From assembly GCA_951406725.2 (NCBI GenBank), contig OX597832.1:33604001-33668000 (forward strand): a stretch of 64,000 bases of DNA, written 5' to 3'. Origin of the DNA: Octopus vulgaris. Lineage: Eukaryota. Under the pieces are notes generated by a model. That model was not told the DNA's origin. It ran no database searches and was given only the letters and a program-made list of their open reading frames with translations. A program made the position numbers and the translations under genes. Below, one piece after another: positions 56,610-64,000 of the stretch. Position 1 is the first letter of the stretch; every line of letters starts with the position of its first letter.

Positions 56610-57040
56610 TTAAGATTTTGTTAAGAAGACCGCTTTGCAGCCAAGCAGTTTTTGGTTCAACCCCACTGCGCGGCACCTTGGGCAAGTGTCTGCTACTATA
56701 ATCTGGGAGTGCAAAACCTTGTGAGAAATGTATCTCGTCATTAATATATATGAGTATGTGCGTGTGCGTGTGCTTGCGTGTGTCTGAATGTGTGTGTATG
56801 TGTGTGTATGTGTGTGTATGCCATTGCGTCTATGATTCTCCTCCACCACTTCACAACTGGTGTTCGTTTGATTACGTCCCCGTAACCTAGAAGTACGGCT
56901 AAAGACAAAATATAGAATAAGTATCACACTTATAACTAAGTACCGGGCTCAATGTCTGAGAAAAGCAAAGAAAGAAGCCTTAATTAAGCTGTTTCATTAT
57001 GGCCGCTGTCCAATGACTGAAGGAAAGGAAAGATAAAGAT
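56610..57040 (+). mobile_element. SINE family A, full length, degenerate
   Basis: ggttcaaccccactgcgcggcaccttgggcaagtgtc...atggccgctgtccaatgactgaa. Confidence 0.85.
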
Positions 57041-57325
57041 TTAAGACAAAAAATTATTCCAAGCCAGGCAAACATTGTTGTAGATTTTATGGCGTCAGCG
57101 TATTTTGTCTTCACTTTGAGAACATGACGAACAAATATAGGTAATCTCAATAAGTGAATTATCCAATTATCGCTTACGTTCACGAAAAAGACGGTAAGAA
57201 CAGGAGATATTAAATAGTGAGTGTATTACAGTTACACTTTTTATCAAAGCGGTATTGCGTGATCACGTACATTATTTATGGTAAACCCGTATAAATAAAT
57301 ATGCTAGAAATATCTTTCTTATGGG

Positions 57326-57385
<60 letters not shown>

Positions 57386-57448
57386 GATAGATAGATAAAC
57401 AGATAGATAGATAATGGTGTAGTGATAGAGACAGAATATATATATGTG

Positions 57449-57488
<40 letters not shown>

Positions 57489-57645
57489 ACGAATAGCTTA
57501 AAAATGTATGTATACATCTCCCTCTCGCTCTCTCTCACTCTCACTCTCCCTATATATATATATATATAATTAGTTCCTTTTGTTTTTCTATAGTAGAAAA
57601 ATAATATATGCATATCTCAAACTTTCTTTAGAAATGTGTAGTTTC

Positions 57646-57691
<46 letters not shown>

Positions 57692-58729
57692 TGAATGTAT
57701 CTACGTGTTTATTGTTTATGTATATGTCTACCTTCCTGATATATATTTTAAGATGAAAATTGCTTTTTTCCCTCTCTTCTTTCCTCTCACTATCTCCTTC
57801 CTGTTCTGTTAAATTTTACGTTGCCTTAATCCTCTTTAATATTTATGAGGAAGGTAGCTTTTTTCTTCATAATTTCAGTCATTTTTTTTTATTTTCCATT
57901 TGTGCTATCTTTGTGGTTTATTACATTATTTTCTTTTTTTGTCCATCGTCATATCTTGATAAGCTGAGACATGCTAATTCCTCTTTTTTGATAAATATAG
58001 AATCGGTGAACGTCAAAATGATTTGACGAATGCTGCTGATTCCTCTGAAGATTCTTACAGTCACAATTCATAAGTGTAACTCGATTATATTCCTTGTCTT
58101 TTCATACAAAGATATGCGATTCGACCCAAAGGCTTCATGAATAATTTCATATATCATTGTTTATATAAGTGGATTGTCACTAGAGTGTTAAAAATTATAG
58201 AACTTCTATCAAAATACCGGACTGATATTAGTTGTAACTGAGATGTGACTGATTTAAGAAATTCTCTTTTCAATCATGTAGATTCGGGTTCGATCTTTCT
58301 CCATGGCTCATAGCCACAGATTGGGAAATATCGAGGACTCAAAGTGCATGAAAGTCCGTTAGAGGAATCGCTCTTGCTGTCGACTGGTGGACTAAACACT
58401 TTGCCCGATTTAACACTACAACTAATCGCTCTATCTGTGTTTTTTTTCTCTTTCTACTTTGTTGCAGACGTTCACATCCCTTCTGTCGGAAGACTAATTC
58501 ATCTTCTCCCGTTAGTCTCAGAAGCCAAGAAAATGGACGTAGACGATGCCTCTATCTTTTGATTATGAAATACAAAGGAAAATAATCCAAATCTCTGTGT
58601 AGGTATGTAACAATAAAAAGCTATCACGTGTCCTGAACTGTCATCAATCGATGAACATTAAACCTGCATCGATAGAATTCGAAATTAGAATGTAAAGACA
58701 TGTAAGTAATTTTCATTTCTACCAGCCGT

Positions 58730-59381
58730 GGCTATCCATCTGCAACAATTACTCATTGTTGACCGTCTGCCCAGAGGATTCCCAGTGGATTCAGAGGATA
58801 CTCTTGCTGTCGAATAAGGTATCATCTTGAGCTTTCCATTGGACCCATTTTGCATTACCCTCTTGATTCTGGGGGCAAACAGGATTCATCCACTGGACAC
58901 TCTCGGTTTTTCGATGAAAGCAGAGGATCCAGCTCATGTCACAAATCACCAGAGGCACAAATGTAGCTGTCGATACTCCATCTTTTTTGTCTGTTCATTA
59001 CAGAGGACTCTGGGAACAACCTCCATTCATATGTTGTGCATGTTCTGATGTTCCTGAATAATTCTGAATACAGTCGTGACATCAACTCCAGACTGCAAGC
59101 TTTTTGTCTTTAGAGACTCAAGGAGGTCTTCATCCTGAAAATGGCGAATTTTCTCAACCAATTCTGATGTTCTCATGTACCTCTCCCTCTCTTCGTCTCT
59201 CCCTCTTCTCTGCTGCCCTTCAACCTGTTCTCCCAACGAAAAATAAATTTTTGCCTCATATAAGTTAATCCATTTGCTGTCCAGAGCGTCATTTTATATA
59301 TTTCTCGAGCGTTTTGCCCAGTTTAACACAAAACTCTATCGAATAGCGAGCTTCCAAATTGCTTTCTCATTCCGATTGCAT
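58730..59381 (-). mobile_element. Mariner transposase pseudogene (N-terminal HTH through first catalytic Asp region)
   Basis: MQSE*ESNLEARYSIEFCVKLGKT...FRWENRLKG...VVPRVL (WVPHEL-like)...VICDMSWILCF (TxDESW)...GKLKMIP...IHWESSGQTVNNE. Confidence 0.85.
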
Positions 59382-59977
59382 TTCTCAAAGTAGTCAGCTT
59401 TGACAACACGTGTTTAGGCGGATGTGTTCAAAGCGCAGATGCAGCCGTCTCCTCCAATCTGGAATGATGAAAGTTAGCAGATAAACTTAATAGATGCATA
59501 GTAATGATAAGTTGAAATTACAATAATCTGAGACAACAATAACAACCTCTCCTAAATGAAAAGCATCTCATATATTTCTCAGGGCTGCTGTGGATCTGAG
59601 CGACACCAACATTAACAACAACCACAAACCAGGTTTTGACAGAAGGAAGCCTATCAGCGTTGAGGGTCGTAGAATTCGAACCCAAAATATAAAGATCCAG
59701 AACAGATAACACGAAGGATGTTACAAAGATCTAATGACTCAGACAATAAACCACATTTCTGTATATTTCGTTAAAATAATTTAGAATATCGATGAAAAGC
59801 GTGGGAGACAGACAGACGACCAAATATACAGACAAAACAGACACGCAGAGTAGCTTTCAGGTAAGAGAGAGAGAGAGTGACACGGTTTTGTTATCAACGA
59901 GACTGGTATACTTCGAAGAGCCACTAACACCACACTCTTCGAATTCGACGTGTGTATGTATTATGCAGGCATCATCC

Positions 59978-60047
<70 letters not shown>

Positions 60048-60162
60048 TTATCTAACTGTTTATCTATCTATATATCTGTCTATCTATTTACCTATCTACC
60101 TATCTATCTATCTATAAAAACACACACACTCACACATATATACGTGTGTCTATATATGTGTG

Positions 60163-60245
<83 letters not shown>

Positions 60246-60670
60246 GTACGTTTGGATATTTATTACATCTGAATAAGGAAAAGAAACAAAGCAAAAAGCA
60301 AAAAAAGTGTTATGGCTTCTTTCAAAAGGAAACCAATTATATTATATAACATAACAGAAAGAATTACTTTCTCGAGAAACAAACAATATACTAAATATTC
60401 AACCAGAAATTAGCGTTAATTAGGTTGCTACGATACGTTAATAAATGATGTTACTGCGATAAATATTATAGTTTGTTGGGGAAATAAAATATTGTGAAGA
60501 TTAGCAAAGCAATCAGAACAGTGTAGAGATTGAACAAAACAGAGAATGAAATATAAAGAGAAGATAAAATGACGTTAGGAAGAAGGAGAAAAAAGAAGAG
60601 ATTGAAATCAATTATTGAATGAATATTTCATTACTAGTTGGAAACTAAATTGTTTACCGGTCTGATTCTG

Positions 60671-60705
<35 letters not shown>

Positions 60706-61109
60706 GTGTCTGTCTGTGTGTGCGTGCGTGTTTATGTATATGTATGCATGTAATTTATAGGTATTACAGGGTATATGCAAGCGTATATATGTCTACAGAC
60801 ACGCATATATATTGACATATATATATATATATGTATATACATACACACATTCACACGCACACACATATATGTGTGTGTGTGTGTATAAGTCTGTATGTAT
60901 ATGTCGTTGTGTGTATGCATATATAGATATATATTCACACACACTAAATGTGATATATACATGTGACTTTTCGCCACACGCCTCAGTCTTCATTTTTTTT
61001 CCGTCTCACACTATGTATGTATACAAACATACACACACATATATATATACATACATATATATATTCACGCGTGTGTGTGTATGTGTGGTGTGTATGTACG
61101 TATGTATAC

Positions 61110-61163
<54 letters not shown>

Positions 61164-61962
61164 GTTTGTATGTATGTATATTACATTAGGGATAGCATGA
61201 TGATATATGGATATGATATTTTGTCTCTGGGGCCGCGCCATAATTCATATATTTTTCTATGTCATATAGGCTTAGTATTCCTTGTCTTGGTTTATATTGA
61301 ATAATTCCAACATTATTAAAGGCTTGGCAGAATTCTAAGAACCTCGGACAATTACACCTGTTCCATATATTTCACTTCTTTAGATTCAGAGTTCAAAACT
61401 CATATAGCGTAATTGCATGAGATGAGTATAATAGATTTCCTTTCCAGGTTTGGGTCCGATTGTATAGATTTATCCCCCCTCCTCTAAATTTCAGGTTAGA
61501 ATCAAAATGGCCTTGGATTGGCATATGTATCCAAGAGCAGGAAAAAAATACACCCTTTACACTTTATATTCCGGCTCTGTACATACGATGATCAAATCAG
61601 GTGGAGGTCAAATTTACTGCTCATCCTTGCAGTGTCGATCAATCAAAGTAGCAGTGAGCTAGTAGAGTCTATATTATCTGCTATATCGATGTCCAGGAAG
61701 AGAAAATGGATAGCATTTGGCCCAATTTTGAAGAAGTAGTTATTCATAGGCAACTCGATTATCAGAATCATTACAGCATCAAGAGAATGCTTTGTTCTGT
61801 ATGTTCTGGACACCATTAGTCTGCGTTCAAATCTGTGCTTTAACATTGCTGATTCGATAGAGTAAATAACAAACACTTCAGTTTAATTGTTTGTGTTCTC
61901 TAGTAACAAATCTCAGGTTTCTACTTATACTACAAAGAATTATTAATATTTATTCCGATAGT

Positions 61963-62062
61963 AAAGCGGCAAGCTTGCAGCACGACGGACGAAATATTTA
62001 GTTGCATTTCGTCCGTCTTCACGTTCAAATTCCTCCAAGTTCGACTTTTCCCTTTCATGACC
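61963..62062 (+). mobile_element. SINE family C fragment (weaker copy at 61320-61495)
   Basis: cggacgaaatatttagttgcatttcgtccgtcttcacgttcaaattcc...tcgacttttccctttcat. Confidence 0.7.
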
Positions 62063-62589
62063 AGTGCCTAGTCGCGCTATATTTTGTTTTGTAAGTATGT
62101 CTATGAATTTCGTTTGTATATATATATATTGTGTATAAGCGCACACATAAACACATACACACAAACATATAAACATGTTTGTACATATTCGTTAGACATG
62201 TTTTCATCAATGTTGTCGTTTGTGCAAATGAGATGTTTTGAGTGGTTATAAGCCTAACATTCTCCAACTTCTTTTTGGAAAACCGTATTTCTTATGGATC
62301 TTGCCATTATGATTGCATTTATAATTGCATTATTGGTTTCGCCGACAGAAGCTTCATATCACCTGACGACATGGCGTGGTTATGCATAAACACGAAGTTA
62401 TGTAATATTGCGCAATTACTATCAATTGATCAATAAGTAGACATGCTAACTATTGAGACGCGTATAGTGATGTTTTAATCTGTCCATTAATATTTCTTTA
62501 CCATGTGAATATGTATGAATGCATGTTTGCATGTATGTGCCAATTTTAGTAACAGTGAGTTAGAAGAGAGTCTCACGAGTCGAGTATTT

Positions 62590-62622
<33 letters not shown>

Positions 62623-62670
62623 TCTTTTAATCTTTTATCTGTTTCAGTCATTTGACTGCAGCCATCCTGG
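62623..62670 (-). mobile_element. SINE family A 3' tail only
   Basis: tgtttcagtcatttgactgcagccatcctgg. Confidence 0.75.
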
Positions 62671-63066
62671 TGGGGGAGGCAATGTATATCGAAGCACATA
62701 AAGCTATACATGAAATTGTGTAAATATTGGATTAAAACTCCCTTTGTGTATAAAATGTCGAAGGCCGTTTTCGAGACTTGAATCCACATCTCCTGTGGTC
62801 AGGACAGTTGTTCTGATATTGGACCGAATTAAACCTTCGGATTTCTCTCTCCAGTTTTCAAACCGTATTCTTATCAGTGCAAATTTTATGCTGTTGAGGT
62901 CAAATAAATTTATAAACTTTCGATAGAATATGAACTATTTACTTTTTTGAGCAAAGGATCTCGAAACACATACTGCTATAAACAGAAACATACTTAGATT
63001 AAAATACCACACAACATATATTCTTTGCGTATTAGAATTATATGTGGCTGTTGAGAATCTATTTAC

Positions 63067-63165
63067 CACATGAACAATAGCGCTACATGAATAGGGGAGA
63101 TAATCTCGAGATTCAGTATTTTTCCGAAGTTGACATCTCATTAAGTAAAAGGACAGCTCTATTGC
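63067..63165 (-). CDS. Candidate coding exon of an unidentified gene (3' boundary uncertain)
   Basis: Acceptor ttctcttcttatcaccag; phase-0 open frame AIELSFYLMRCQLRKNTESRDYLPYSCSAIVHV; possible donors GTAAAT (after 63067) or GTATGT (after 62994). Confidence 0.3.
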
Positions 63166-63319
63166 CTGGTGATAAGAAGAGAATCTGAGACGTGGGTTTC
63201 TGAATCAGTAGCCGTCATCATCAGAGTAATGGACCGTAGTTATTATATGCAGTACGCAAGAGTAGTAGAGTAGTATTCTGTGTGTTTGTGTGTGTGGATA
63301 GACATACACTGCTATACAT

Positions 63320-63375
<56 letters not shown>

Positions 63376-63551
63376 TTATCCATATATAAATACGTGTATA
63401 TGCACACAAATACAGACGTGAGTGTGTGTGTTTGCGTGTGTTTGTGTGTATGTGTGCATGTGTATGTGTGTGTGTGTAATTATGCTTGTGTTTGCGCCTA
63501 CATGTATATTATTGCAGTTAGAACTTTTACGGGAGATGATTTTCTAAACCT

Positions 63552-63552
63552 T

Positions 63553-63604
<52 letters not shown>

Positions 63605-63730
63605 GTATTGTTATTATTTTTGTTGTTGTTTTTGTTAGTAATAATATTAACAACAACAACAACAACGATAATAATAAAATGTTGTTGCTGTTGTTATTGT
63701 TGTTGTTCTTGTTGTTAATCATAATAATAA
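63552..63730. repeat. Compound ATC/AAC/GTT trinucleotide tract with strand flips
   Basis: Direct. Confidence 0.9.
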
Positions 63731-63909
63731 ATGACATCCAATTTTCTCTAAAATATATTTTTCACTAAGCCAAGATGAAAGCAAGTCGTAAAATTGCGCT
63801 CTATATAATAAACATGAGTAAGGCGTCTGAGATTAAAATCTCAAAATATTAGTTTTGAACAGACCGAAACGTCTACATTTTCTAGAATAACTTGATTAGT
63901 TCCACTTAC

Positions 63910-64000
63910 CGTTTTTTCTCCCTTCAATTCCATATTGGATATTCTATCGAAATGGGAATTCCAAACCGCAATAATGGTTTTCTTGATGTCTGTAGATGTC
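63910..64000 (-). CDS. Candidate coding exon running off the window edge
   Basis: Only one minus-strand frame is open (TSTDIKKTIIAVWNSHFDRISNMELKGEKT), and it ends in phase 0 at a consensus donor ACG|GTAAGT. Confidence 0.4.

Overview
This is AT-rich eukaryotic genomic DNA with extreme microsatellite density: (TA)n, (CA)n, (GA)n, (TACA)n, (TAGA)n and others. Almost all ORFs in the supplied track are simple-repeat translations. The repeat families resemble those I associate with coleoid cephalopods, most likely Octopus; this is recognition, not a search result. The window holds no complete protein-coding gene. It contains: three tRNA-type SINE families in more than 20 copies; decayed LINE fragments (CR1/L2-like, RTE, R4/Dong); DNA transposon relics (DD37D maT, mariner, probable piggyBac); at least three Penelope-like element (PLE) fragments; and possibly two spliced minus-strand coding exons at the right edge. 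Most notable: (1) a scattered set of type I hammerhead ribozyme cores with enlarged stem II and minimal or palindromic stem III, with one apparently intact copy at 18420-18501 (-); (2) a LINE and a SINE sharing a 3' tail hairpin with compensatory changes; (3) two locally templated insertions or duplications; (4) a near-perfect 175-bp hairpin at 43836-44010; (5) a recursive-splice-site-like motif at 48941/48942. Coordinates of degenerate repeats are approximate, read by eye.
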